This document shows positions 48,102-56,994 of a stretch of 64,000 bases of DNA, piece after piece. The translations under genes were made by a program, and so were the position numbers. Every line of letters begins with the position of its first letter. Within the stretch, counting starts at the first letter, position 1. The notes under the pieces are model-generated. The model was not told the DNA's origin. It searched no databases and saw only the letters and a list, made by a program, of their open reading frames with translations. Where the stretch lies: the IMG/VR virus record IMGVR_UViG_3300009370_000002; one strand, given 5' to 3'. The DNA is from a virus.

Positions 48102-49406
48102 TTACTCCGTTATATAACCCAAGGTGCAATTGCTCACTTTGCCCTTTCGTTCCTTATTAATCCACTTACATGTTCGAGTTCCCTTTTTTCCGGGCTTTCT
48201 TGGTATTACCGTCCAGCCAATAATCTCTGGGATTGTGGTTGGATCCACTTCATGGAATGGTGAAGTTTCAATGGGGTCGAATGTTTCGTGTGCCACACCA
48301 GGACCAATTTGTTTTTGGTATATATCATACCAATTTTTATCTCCAATCTGGCTTGTATCAATCACGTTGTTTCCGTTATTAAACTTTTTGTTTGGAATCC
48401 AGACTTCAAAGTGAAGATGCGGGCCAGACGAACTACCTGTCGAGCCGCAGCCAGCTACAACCTGGCCCTTTGTTACTTTATCTCCAACTTTCAGTGTGGT
48501 TTTGCCTTGGATGTGGTGATATCTAGAGATGACGCCTGGACCTGGGTGCCACAAATGAACTTGGTTTCCAAATCCACGGTGTCCTTTGCCACCAGTGCCT
48601 TTACCGCACCCTGGTGACTCGACAGCGCAAGATTTTACTGTTCTCACAACAATGCCATCAAAAATTGCAAATATTGGACTGCCTAGCCCTACCGCCAAAT
48701 CCATTCCTGGGTGGAATCTTCTGTAGACACTTCTCTGCTGGAAAGCAGAGGTGATCCTCATTGTTGGTACTCGCACTGGGATGTGCGCCTTTGTCCAGCC
48801 TTCGGGCATTTTTGTGTCTCCCTTTCTCATTTTTCCTGGTGTCCATGACCCTCTGCCAAAATCATCCTGGGAGCCTGTGCCTTCTCCTGTTCCTGTTCCT
48901 GTGCTGGACACTAAAGCAGTGCCACCGACACTCTTAATAAACCAAATACCACCCCGCTCAACAACCTCAATTCGACACAAATATGTCAATTTCATTTGCA
49001 TACCTCTGATATCACTATAAGCATATGGTTTAGATTTTATTCTACTCTGACGAGTTGCTTCTGATATTCCAGATTCAAAAGGATTTTTTCCATAACTTTC
49101 AGTGAAAGCTCTACCAACATCTGTGTCATATGCTTCTTCTTCTATTGACCAGCGTATTTTCCACCGGGCAATACCATCATCAAATGAAACAAGACTAAAA
49201 TCATTGGTAAATCGCCGACTCTTCCCAGTTTGATTAGTCTGTCCGCTAAGGCACACTGCTTTGTATGACTTTCTCTTTTGTGGTGTAAGTGCGTTTATTT
49301 CATTATCATTATGAACTGAATCGATAGCCCTATCGGCAGCATTATTAATTCCACTTCCAAAAGGGTTATTCCACCCACTTATGTAATTCTTAGACCAATC
49401 ACCCAT
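48102..49406 (-). CDS. Tail-associated M23 family peptidase with the shared N-terminal domain, ~434 aa
   Basis: FHPGMDL, YHHI and GPHLHFE. C-terminal VDP..PEIIGWT..GYITE* matches 45442-46632. Start could be 49415 or 49406. Confidence 0.85.
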   Translation of the reverse strand: MGDWSKNYISGWNNPFGSGINNAADRAIDSVHNDNEINALTPQKRKSYKAVCLSGQTNQTGKSRRFTNDFSLVSFDDGIARWKIRWSIEEEAYDTDVGRAFTESYGKNPFESGISEATRQSRIKSKPYAYSDIRGMQMKLTYLCRIEVVERGGIWFIKSVGGTALVSSTGTGTGEGTGSQDDFGRGSWTPGKMRKGDTKMPEGWTKAHIPVRVPTMRITSAFQQRSVYRRFHPGMDLAVGLGSPIFAIFDGIVVRTVKSCAVESPGCGKGTGGKGHRGFGNQVHLWHPGPGVISRYHHIQGKTTLKVGDKVTKGQVVAGCGSTGSSSGPHLHFEVWIPNKKFNNGNNVIDTSQIGDKNWYDIYQKQIGPGVAHETFDPIETSPFHEVDPTTIPEIIGWTVIPRKPGKKGTRTCKWINKERKGKVSNCTLGYITE

Positions 49407-49689
49407 CCTCTTCACCTGATATCATTTCAAAAATATTTTTAACCTCTTCAGAAGATAGACCAGATTCTTTCTCTTGCTTTGACATCAAACCAACAACCTT
49501 AACTAACTGCTCATTTGAACGCTGAAGCGTTTCAACATACTTCGCCATAACTACGCCAACTTGCTGGTGTCGGGACTCATCTTTAGATAGCCACTTGATA
49601 GCATCATCAAGCAATTCCTTGGTTATCTCTCTGTCTTTGCGAATATTTTCTACCACTTCGGTAATGTACTTGTCTGTCTTGAAACTCAT
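49399..49689 (-). CDS. Hypothetical coiled-coil protein, 96 aa
   Basis: Coupled ORF containing KYVETLQRSNEQLVK. Confidence 0.7.
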   Translation of the reverse strand: MSFKTDKYITEVVENIRKDREITKELLDDAIKWLSKDESRHQQVGVVMAKYVETLQRSNEQLVKVVGLMSKQEKESGLSSEEVKNIFEMISGEEDG

Positions 49690-49707
49690 ATCTCTAATTA
49701 GAATAGT

Positions 49708-50394
49708 TTAAATTTTTCCATTATCCCAATCGACTTTAAACATTCTGTATTTTTTCCTTATTTTATTAAGTTGGGATACCACCTGTTTGGTATTCATGCC
49801 TGTTAGCTCTCTAAGATAAAGATAAATTGCTTTCTTGTTAAATATCTCTATCTCTTCCACTGAAGAGAGCAAAACCTTGACTGCTTCGAACACCTTTTTC
49901 TCACTTTCTTTCATATCGTCTGTCGACCAGCCATCTATCTCTTCCCAGAGTTTAATCCAGAAATCACGATTCGTTTCTTCCTTCTCCCACTCATTATAGC
50001 ACACTATCTTCTCTTCGTCAACCTCTTTCAGGGCATCCTCGTAATCAACTTCCCTCTTTGCTCTTTTTGAGGTTTGCTTGACTTTGTGAATAAACCAGTT
50101 TTTGGTTATGACGCTAAAATAGGAAAAGGCTTTAGAGCCTTTACTTGAATCATATTTTTCCAAAATGGTTGTTAGCCACACCTTACATTCGTTTCTCAAT
50201 TCATCAATGTTCGGCAATGTGGTGAATTTGTATGTAAACACTATCTTGTCTACCATTTGATCAAACGCAGGTTGAATCCACCTTACATACAATTCTGTTC
50301 TTTCTTTATTACACGATGATTTAGTATATCTAATTATCGCGTCTTCGTGTTCCTGCGTAAAATACATTTTCTTCGCTGATTTCTTTCTTGGCAT
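49708..50394 (-). CDS. Phage RNA polymerase sigma-factor-like protein, 228 aa
   Basis: Region-2-like YDSSKGSKAFSYFSVITKNWF and a C-terminal HTH-like LRELTGMNTKQVVSQL. Confidence 0.65.
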   Translation of the reverse strand: MPRKKSAKKMYFTQEHEDAIIRYTKSSCNKERTELYVRWIQPAFDQMVDKIVFTYKFTTLPNIDELRNECKVWLTTILEKYDSSKGSKAFSYFSVITKNWFIHKVKQTSKRAKREVDYEDALKEVDEEKIVCYNEWEKEETNRDFWIKLWEEIDGWSTDDMKESEKKVFEAVKVLLSSVEEIEIFNKKAIYLYLRELTGMNTKQVVSQLNKIRKKYRMFKVDWDNGKI

Positions 50395-50719
50395 CTAGTT
50401 CTATTTCCTCTTGTAATTCTTCTTCCTCTATTTCTTCGGTTAATTTATATACTTCGTTATATTCATCCAATATCTCAAGCAGACTCTTGGTATGAGACAG
50501 CATAAATTTAATGTCTTCATCGCCATAATATTGCTCCAAGTGAAATACCTCAGATAAATGCTTTTGATAATTGGTGATTACTTCAACCAAATCGCCCAAA
50601 TTTTCGCCCACAAATATAAACCTACCCAATACCCTACGTATATACCAAAAGCTTAAAATATTGGCGCTTATGGACGCAGAAAGGGCAAGAATTAACCAGA
50701 ACACTAAATCAACTTTCAT
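50330..50719 (-). CDS. Membrane-anchored hypothetical protein, 129 aa
   Basis: N-terminal hydrophobic helix and an acidic tail. Overlaps the next gene by 65 nt. Confidence 0.65.
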   Translation of the reverse strand: MKVDLVFWLILALSASISANILSFWYIRRVLGRFIFVGENLGDLVEVITNYQKHLSEVFHLEQYYGDEDIKFMLSHTKSLLEILDEYNEVYKLTEEIEEEELQEEIELDAKKEISEENVFYAGTRRRDN

Positions 50720-50969
50720 AAGTAGTGCTCCTAGCTTCTTCTTTCATCGACGATAGAAGTTCCCTATTTTGTTCGATGAAGTCTTTAGTCAAGTTGCCAG
50801 TTTTTTGGTTCCCAGAGTCTGCTTCTTTTCTGATGCTGGGCATCTGCGGTACCCTTGTTAAGAGTCCCGGTACTTGACATAGTTGGCATGATTCTTGCAC
50901 CTCTTTCATTCCATGTCTTACTTGGAAATGATCATTGCAAGAATCACATCGATATACGTACCTTGGCAT
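50709..50969 (-). CDS. FmdB-family zinc ribbon protein
   Basis: MPRYVYRCDSC..F..CQLC. Confidence 0.85.
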   Translation of the reverse strand: MPRYVYRCDSCNDHFQVRHGMKEVQESCQLCQVPGLLTRVPQMPSIRKEADSGNQKTGNLTKDFIEQNRELLSSMKEEARSTTYES

Positions 50970-51166
50970 TATGATGTCACTACTTTGCTTTTGCGAGTAG
51001 CGTCTATTTGCGTCTTGACGGTTGGTGGGTTTACAATAACTACTTCACCAGTGTCATCCACTTCCAACTTAAAGCCTCGCAGAACAGGCACAATATCACT
51101 CTGCTCCAATAGCGATTTCTGAAGAGCCATCATTACGGCTCCAACTGCTTGATTACTTAATTTCAT
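50969..51166 (-). CDS. Hypothetical protein, 65 aa
   Basis: AGGAG SD, coupled to the FmdB-like gene. Confidence 0.7.
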   Translation of the reverse strand: MKLSNQAVGAVMMALQKSLLEQSDIVPVLRGFKLEVDDTGEVVIVNPPTVKTQIDATRKSKVVTS

Positions 51167-51175
51167 TTTTATCTC

Positions 51176-51472
51176 CTAATTAAAAAATCTTTCTGAATTT
51201 ATGTTCTTGTCATCAATAAATAAATCATAATTTGGTTTACCAAATTTCAAATCATGATATTTGACACCCCATTTCTCAAATTGTTTCTCTGTGACTGCTC
51301 TCCAGTCAATTCCAGATGTTGTCCCTCTAGCTGTCCAATAAATTATAGTATTTCCGGAATCATAAAGTTCATTGATTTTCATTATATTATTTTTCATTGG
51401 AATTGCTAAAGAATAATCTCTCGTTTCTGGTGTTTTGCATATTGTTTCATCAATATCTACATATATTATCAT
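51176..51472 (-). CDS. Small HAD-superfamily phosphatase (capsule biosynthesis EcbF/BcbF-like)
   Basis: YVDIDETI, YWTARG, FGKP and FIDDK. Confidence 0.85.
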   Translation of the reverse strand: MIIYVDIDETICKTPETRDYSLAIPMKNNIMKINELYDSGNTIIYWTARGTTSGIDWRAVTEKQFEKWGVKYHDLKFGKPNYDLFIDDKNINSERFFN

Positions 51473-51480
51473 ATAATCTC

Positions 51481-52164
51481 CTAAATCTTTCCTATTAATA
51501 CATCAGTTTTCAAATCATAAATTAACTTCCCAGGAAGCTTTTTTATTCGGCTCATTTCTGTTCCGTTTGTCTCAAATAAAATAAACCACCTCTCGACAGT
51601 ACATAGATAATCTTTTATATGATTAATGATACTTTCTTCTTGCCCTTCAATATCAATTTTTATTAATAGTGTTTTTGGTTTGGGGGCAATATTCTTTAAG
51701 AACTCGGCAATGTCACAAACACCAACTTGCTCTTCAGAATAAAATTCCGGTTGCTGAACATCGCTGTATCTTTGGTCTCTCCATTCCCATTTCTCAAGCC
51801 TGCCGCCTCCTGAGTATTTTTTGTGAAAATGGAACATCTGATTTGAACTATTAGTACCAACTGCTTGTGGTATAATGTGTAGATTATCATACAGTAGTGC
51901 TGTTTTATTTAACGACTTTATTACCCAAGGGTTGGGCTCAAAGGCATATATCTTTCCAACTGCATTAGATAAAGCGACTGAGAATTCGCCGTAATTAGCA
52001 CCCATATCAATAAACACGTCAACTTCTTCCTTCTTGCATATTTTTTTTAATAATGAGACTTTTTCTTTTTGGGTTCCGCCTTTATCCTGTATCCACATTC
52101 CTCTAATGTCACTGTCATTTATGAAGATTTCATTCCTATCATATATAATAATTTTCTTTTGCAT
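51481..52164 (-). CDS. FkbM-family SAM methyltransferase
   Basis: FIDMGANYGEF, AFEPNP and IKIDIEGQE. Confidence 0.85.
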   Translation of the reverse strand: MQKKIIIYDRNEIFINDSDIRGMWIQDKGGTQKEKVSLLKKICKKEEVDVFIDMGANYGEFSVALSNAVGKIYAFEPNPWVIKSLNKTALLYDNLHIIPQAVGTNSSNQMFHFHKKYSGGGRLEKWEWRDQRYSDVQQPEFYSEEQVGVCDIAEFLKNIAPKPKTLLIKIDIEGQEESIINHIKDYLCTVERWFILFETNGTEMSRIKKLPGKLIYDLKTDVLIGKI

Positions 52165-53039
52165 TAAAACAAATTCTCCCTTGCCAATATGGCTCTAAAG
52201 CTTAATCTCAAAGTGCCAACCGGGGTTGGTGTTCTTCTATGAAACATTCTAGTGTCTACAATGAACATGGTATTTGACTGGGCAGAGCATTTCACCTCGT
52301 CTTTCAATTTCAGCTTTTTGGCGCTTTCTTCGTAATCTGTCACATTATAGTGTAAGCGGCTCCAGTTGCTTTGGTTCAAGCTTTTCTCTTTAAGCCACCT
52401 AAGTCTCTCAACAGTATTAACATGAGAAGCCCTAAAAAAAGCAAGAGGTCCATGCTTCTCTTTTACTTCAAAAGGGTAATACCACACTTTGTAATTAGGA
52501 TAAAATTTATCAACATGAAAATTATACTGGCGGCTATCTTCGTCCGCCTCATCAAATACAGAATGTGATATCCTCCTTAAATACAAAGATTTTTCAAAAT
52601 ATAAATTATTTGCTTGACACAGTCTGAAAACATCCTGCATTTGTTTGTGGGATGAAATATCCATAAGCAAGGGCAAATTAGAAGATACTTTTTTTGTTAA
52701 TGTATTTAAATTTAAAATATTCGTTTGTAAATGTTTTAATTTCTCCCTACTCATTACATTGCTTATCTTTATATACCCGTTTTCCTTCAGAGAGCGATGG
52801 CTTTCGCTACCATATAACAAACACTTTTGCCGACTCTCTTCAAACTTTTGATCGTATGCCAGCGCACGATACGCCTGGAGTCCTTTTTCGTTCAATTCTT
52901 TATCATCAATGAAATTATCTAAAGTTAAAACATTTACTTTTTTTTCACCAATCAAAGTTAACAATTCGTACACCTCAAAGCCCATCGCATCGAAAAACTT
53001 TTTTTGATTATCATTATTTAAATAATATTCCACTGTCAT
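52164..53039 (-). CDS. 2OG-Fe(II) oxygenase, PhyH-like (start revised from 53060)
   Basis: FHVDKF (HxD), GPL..RASH and VDTRMFHRR. ATGA overlap at 53036-53039. Confidence 0.7.
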   Translation of the reverse strand: MTVEYYLNNDNQKKFFDAMGFEVYELLTLIGEKKVNVLTLDNFIDDKELNEKGLQAYRALAYDQKFEESRQKCLLYGSESHRSLKENGYIKISNVMSREKLKHLQTNILNLNTLTKKVSSNLPLLMDISSHKQMQDVFRLCQANNLYFEKSLYLRRISHSVFDEADEDSRQYNFHVDKFYPNYKVWYYPFEVKEKHGPLAFFRASHVNTVERLRWLKEKSLNQSNWSRLHYNVTDYEESAKKLKLKDEVKCSAQSNTMFIVDTRMFHRRTPTPVGTLRLSFRAILARENLF

Positions 53040-53905
53040 GTTCTCTTGTTTATGTTCCATAAATATTCTTGGTAATTTTCCCCAAGCTTTTCAGTGAGAA
53101 CTTTTGTTGATAAATTACAAGGATGGCCATGTCCTAAATTTTTAAATTTTACATCCTTACCGATGTCATGAAGTAAGTAATCCCACATTGACAAATACTG
53201 CTCCTCATAAATAGAAAATATTTCTTCTTCTGTTGAATTGTTTTCGACAGTTCCGTTGGGAGCCTTTGTTGTCTCGAATGTACTATTGGTGAATTTTAAT
53301 TGCATACTTTTGTTAACATAGCCATCCATGCCAACAAAGCCTATTTCGCTTGCTCCTGCTGCGATTGCTATGCATGCTAATCGTGGTATACTCCCTATTC
53401 TGGAGTGGTATCTTGTAAAAGCCCAGAAAACACTGTCCGGGTACAAACGTTTAAACTTGCCCATCTCTTCAGTTTTAGTATATTTGTTTTCAAAACACAC
53501 CACAGTATTGTTATTATCCAAGTAATTTAAAAGCTTTTTATCAAACAAATCATTTTCATTACCAAGCGTCACTAAATCAATTGACGTTCTATTTAATCTG
53601 CTGTTTTTATAAAAATGATTACAACTCCAAACATAATCATACCCATCAATATTCGTACTATCTGTAAAAGAAGGGCCGGCACCTATTAAAAGTATTTTTG
53701 AGTTCTGAAATTTCTTTAAAAAACCATACTGCTGAAATGCCACTTCTTTTGTAAACTTAAAGTTTTCACTAGATAAATACTTTATGGCACCGCTTAAAAA
53801 TGGACCTCCCATCTTAAGTCTTTTGAGAAAATCATTTTTATGGCATAAAAAACTCACTCTTTTAAAAGCAGAATTTGTTTTATATGTTTCACTGCTCCAC
53901 TTCAT
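53036..53905 (-). CDS. DUF115/Maf/CstII-like putative nonulosonate transferase
   Basis: ILLIGAGPS..VWSCNHFY..IGFVGMDG. Confidence 0.55.
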   Translation of the reverse strand: MKWSSETYKTNSAFKRVSFLCHKNDFLKRLKMGGPFLSGAIKYLSSENFKFTKEVAFQQYGFLKKFQNSKILLIGAGPSFTDSTNIDGYDYVWSCNHFYKNSRLNRTSIDLVTLGNENDLFDKKLLNYLDNNNTVVCFENKYTKTEEMGKFKRLYPDSVFWAFTRYHSRIGSIPRLACIAIAAGASEIGFVGMDGYVNKSMQLKFTNSTFETTKAPNGTVENNSTEEEIFSIYEEQYLSMWDYLLHDIGKDVKFKNLGHGHPCNLSTKVLTEKLGENYQEYLWNINKRT

Positions 53906-54096
53906 TTATCATTTCCAGCTAATTCTTCTGTCAATTCGGTTATTCGGACATCACACTCTTTTATATCCTTAAATATTACCCTAGCTCGCTCGGGCGCCAA
54001 TTTAAAACATAAACGCACTGCATCCATCCAATTGACATTGTTTTTTGCTCGTATTTCTTGAATTTCATCAATTATCTCTTCATCAGTTCTTTTCAT
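53902..54096 (-). CDS. Small helical hypothetical protein, 64 aa (start revised from 54210)
   Basis: AAGGAG SD before MKRTDEEIIDEIQEIRAKNNVNWMD. Confidence 0.7.
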   Translation of the reverse strand: MKRTDEEIIDEIQEIRAKNNVNWMDAVRLCFKLAPERARVIFKDIKECDVRITELTEELAGNDK

Positions 54097-54110
54097 CGGT
54101 AAACTCCTTT

Positions 54111-55439
54111 TTAAGAATGAAAATAGTTCATACAATATGACAAGCCACGCTGATAAATGTCGGGCTTTCTGTTGAACGTTATGTGATTTCCGCCTTCGCA
54201 GAAATTCCAATGAGCGTATCTAGGGCCTTTTAGAATCAAACGTAGAATCTTGGGATCAACCCTATATGATACATATTTTGTATTATTCATCTCTTCTTTT
54301 TTAATAATTTTATATCCTTTGCCATTGACTGTTAGTTCTAAGACTCTTTGTTCAGGCAAAAATATATAAACCACTGTATCGGAAGAAAATTGCAATTCTT
54401 TTCTTTTATTTTCAAAGCGAGAATATGATTTCTGCAACAATTTAATTATCTCACTTAAAGAAACTTCGCTATGGTTTTCGTATGAATATTTCACTTTTGA
54501 AAGAACATTATCAATATATTTGTCTCTCGCTTTATAATCAGTTGGGACATATGGAGAACTTTGAATTTCTTTTTCTATGTCGTATGACTCATACGAATTC
54601 AAAAGTATGCCCTTGCCTTCTTGCGTTTTAGAAAAATATTCCAAAGCATATTCAATTGTATGAACTGCTTTATACTTTTCCAATTTTGATAATTTGCCGG
54701 CAAGTGTAAAAGTACCAGCAAAAGGCATATATACCCTTGGCTTCATAAGATTGATAAATCTCTCTCCATTCTCCAGCATCATCTTTTTGTAATATTTTCC
54801 ACGATAAATTTTATCACTATCAGAATAATTCTCGAAACACTGGGGGTATGCGCTAGCGCCGCAATACCCTGTTAACAAAAAATCAATTTTTGAATGATTT
54901 TTCATTATTCTTCTAACGGCATGCTGAGACAATTCAAACGGGCAATCATTTACATTAACCAAGGTATGTTTTTCATTATAAAAAACACCAATGGTATCGA
55001 TAGTTGATGCTCTATATTTCTTTTCCATTTTCCCACAACCAAAATGTTTAAAACAGACTTCAGGATTACAATCGTCAGCAATATAAATACTCAATTTTAG
55101 TCCATCACCGCAATCAAATTCTTGTCCATGCTTTAGAGTTATAACAGTTTTGCCATAACTCTTCAATCTATTTTCTAATCCCTTGGAATAAAAATCATAG
55201 ATAATCACTGGTATATCATTATTAAACATTCGTAAAGTTTCTTCATCTGCATGATCTGCGTGGATGTGGGAAATGTAAATATATTTTATATCTCTCAATT
55301 TCTCACTATCCCACTCTACTGGTGGGTAGTGTGCCCATGAACCAAAAAATGGTTTTCCGATTATCCAAGGATCTGTTAATACTTTTGTATTTTTATATTC
55401 AACAATAGTAGTGGCAGAAGCTACAAAAGTGACTTTCAT
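54111..55439 (-). CDS. Metallo-beta-lactamase-fold protein, CMP-Neu5Ac hydroxylase (CMAH)-like without a Rieske domain, 442 aa
   Basis: LTDPW, SHIHADH, NVNDC, MPFAG and C-terminal W..E.G.HI.F.R.P..Y. Confidence 0.7.
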   Translation of the reverse strand: MKVTFVASATTIVEYKNTKVLTDPWIIGKPFFGSWAHYPPVEWDSEKLRDIKYIYISHIHADHADEETLRMFNNDIPVIIYDFYSKGLENRLKSYGKTVITLKHGQEFDCGDGLKLSIYIADDCNPEVCFKHFGCGKMEKKYRASTIDTIGVFYNEKHTLVNVNDCPFELSQHAVRRIMKNHSKIDFLLTGYCGASAYPQCFENYSDSDKIYRGKYYKKMMLENGERFINLMKPRVYMPFAGTFTLAGKLSKLEKYKAVHTIEYALEYFSKTQEGKGILLNSYESYDIEKEIQSSPYVPTDYKARDKYIDNVLSKVKYSYENHSEVSLSEIIKLLQKSYSRFENKRKELQFSSDTVVYIFLPEQRVLELTVNGKGYKIIKKEEMNNTKYVSYRVDPKILRLILKGPRYAHWNFCEGGNHITFNRKPDIYQRGLSYCMNYFHS

Positions 55440-55982
55440 TTAAAAATACTCCGGATTAAAACAAGCAACCAAAATTCTATCGATAGATTGTTCATTTTGA
55501 ATATAATGGTTTTTCAGCCTGCCTTCAATTACCCAATTCGCCCTTGTGTAAGCTTTTATAGAAGCAATATTTGTTTCATAAATACCACCAAACAATTTTC
55601 GTATATTATGTTTTTCAAACGCTATTCGATTTCCAAGCTTAATTGCTTCAGTGGCAATACCCATGCCATGATATTTCGTATCTCCTACCAAAATTACCAA
55701 ATCTGAAATTTTGTGTGCTTTATTAATTGGGCCAAGACGTATCTGTCCGATTAATAAATTATTTTCTTTATAATATATGCCATAAGTATAGAGTGCCTCC
55801 GTTTGTTCTCCATGTAAAATAGAATTTACCACGTCATCTCTTAAAATTGCCTTTTTCGAACTTGTGTAAAGTTCCATTAATTTTTTATTCTGGAACCATG
55901 ACATATATCTATCGTCTATTTCCTCGATTGATATTTTTTTTAAATATACTCTTTCACTCTCTATTCTATTATTCGGGTACAT
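55440..55982 (-). CDS. GNAT/RimJ-like N-acetyltransferase (PseH-like role by context), ~180 aa
   Basis: YHGMGIATEA (acetyl-CoA motif), NIASIKAY and EGRLK. AAGGAG SD before ATG 55982. Confidence 0.75.
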   Translation of the reverse strand: MYPNNRIESERVYLKKISIEEIDDRYMSWFQNKKLMELYTSSKKAILRDDVVNSILHGEQTEALYTYGIYYKENNLLIGQIRLGPINKAHKISDLVILVGDTKYHGMGIATEAIKLGNRIAFEKHNIRKLFGGIYETNIASIKAYTRANWVIEGRLKNHYIQNEQSIDRILVACFNPEYF

Positions 55983-55995
55983 GTTTTCTCCTTTT

Positions 55996-56994
55996 TTACT
56001 CATCTAAGCCTACCCAGTCATTCTTAATAAAATCATCCACAGCGTATTCTCTTGTTGATCGGCTTCCTACAACATATTCGTACTTAGATGCGGATATGCA
56101 CCCCTCCAAGTATGGCCTTTTTGTGGTGATGTTATCAGTAGTAAAAATATCACCCTTTTTTATATCAACCTTGGCTATGACAGATCGCCTAGCTTTTACA
56201 AATTTCAACTCTGAGTTCGAATATAACTCTTTATTTGGTATCAGTGTTTTTTCTGCTTCTCTTATGATTTCTATCATCTGTTTCAATTGACAGGGCTCCA
56301 CTGCAAAAGGATGATCTGGGCCGGGGAGCTTTTTGCTTAAAGTGAAATGTTTCTCGACAACTGTCGCTCCCAACATTACCGCAAAAGATGGAGTATAAAT
56401 CGAGGTTGTGTGGTCAGATAAGCCAACTTTAAACCTTTTGTTATGTATTAAATTTTTAATAACACCCAAATTAATTTCGTTCATTGGTGTTGGGTAAGCA
56501 TTATTGCAATGCAAAAGCGTTAAATCATTATTATGATTATCGGCAATTTGAATTATTTTATCTAAATATTCATCCTTGAAGCCTATCCCCAAAGATATAA
56601 TCAAAGGCAAACCAGTAGATGCCACCATATCAACAAACCTAAAATCAGTAGATTCAAAGCCAGAAATTTTAAGCCTTTTTACCCCAATATCAACCAATTC
56701 CTCAACTGCCTTTTGATCAAATGGGGTTGACATAAATTCAATATTATTTTCATCACAATAAAGCTTCAAATCACGTTGCCATTCTCTAGGTATTTCTATA
56801 TCTTTAATCAACTTAGGGATGTTGGTGTGTCCTGCAAAATCAGGTGTATTTTTACTATAAAGGGTTTCTGATGAATATGTTTGAAACTTAACTGCGTCAG
56901 CACCTGCTTCTTTTGCGGCATCAATTAAAGATAAGGCTTGTTTAAAAATTCGATTATGATTAGACCCGGCTTCGGCTATGACAAAAGTCCTCAT
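55996..56994 (-). CDS. Nonulosonic acid synthase (NeuB/PseI family) with a C-terminal SAF domain
   Basis: VIAEAGSNHN, AVKFQTY, STPFD, LLHCNNAYP, GLSDHT, EKHFTL..GPDH and RRSVIA. Start revised from 57018. Confidence 0.9.
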   Translation of the reverse strand: MRTFVIAEAGSNHNRIFKQALSLIDAAKEAGADAVKFQTYSSETLYSKNTPDFAGHTNIPKLIKDIEIPREWQRDLKLYCDENNIEFMSTPFDQKAVEELVDIGVKRLKISGFESTDFRFVDMVASTGLPLIISLGIGFKDEYLDKIIQIADNHNNDLTLLHCNNAYPTPMNEINLGVIKNLIHNKRFKVGLSDHTTSIYTPSFAVMLGATVVEKHFTLSKKLPGPDHPFAVEPCQLKQMIEIIREAEKTLIPNKELYSNSELKFVKARRSVIAKVDIKKGDIFTTDNITTKRPYLEGCISASKYEYVVGSRSTREYAVDDFIKNDWVGLDE

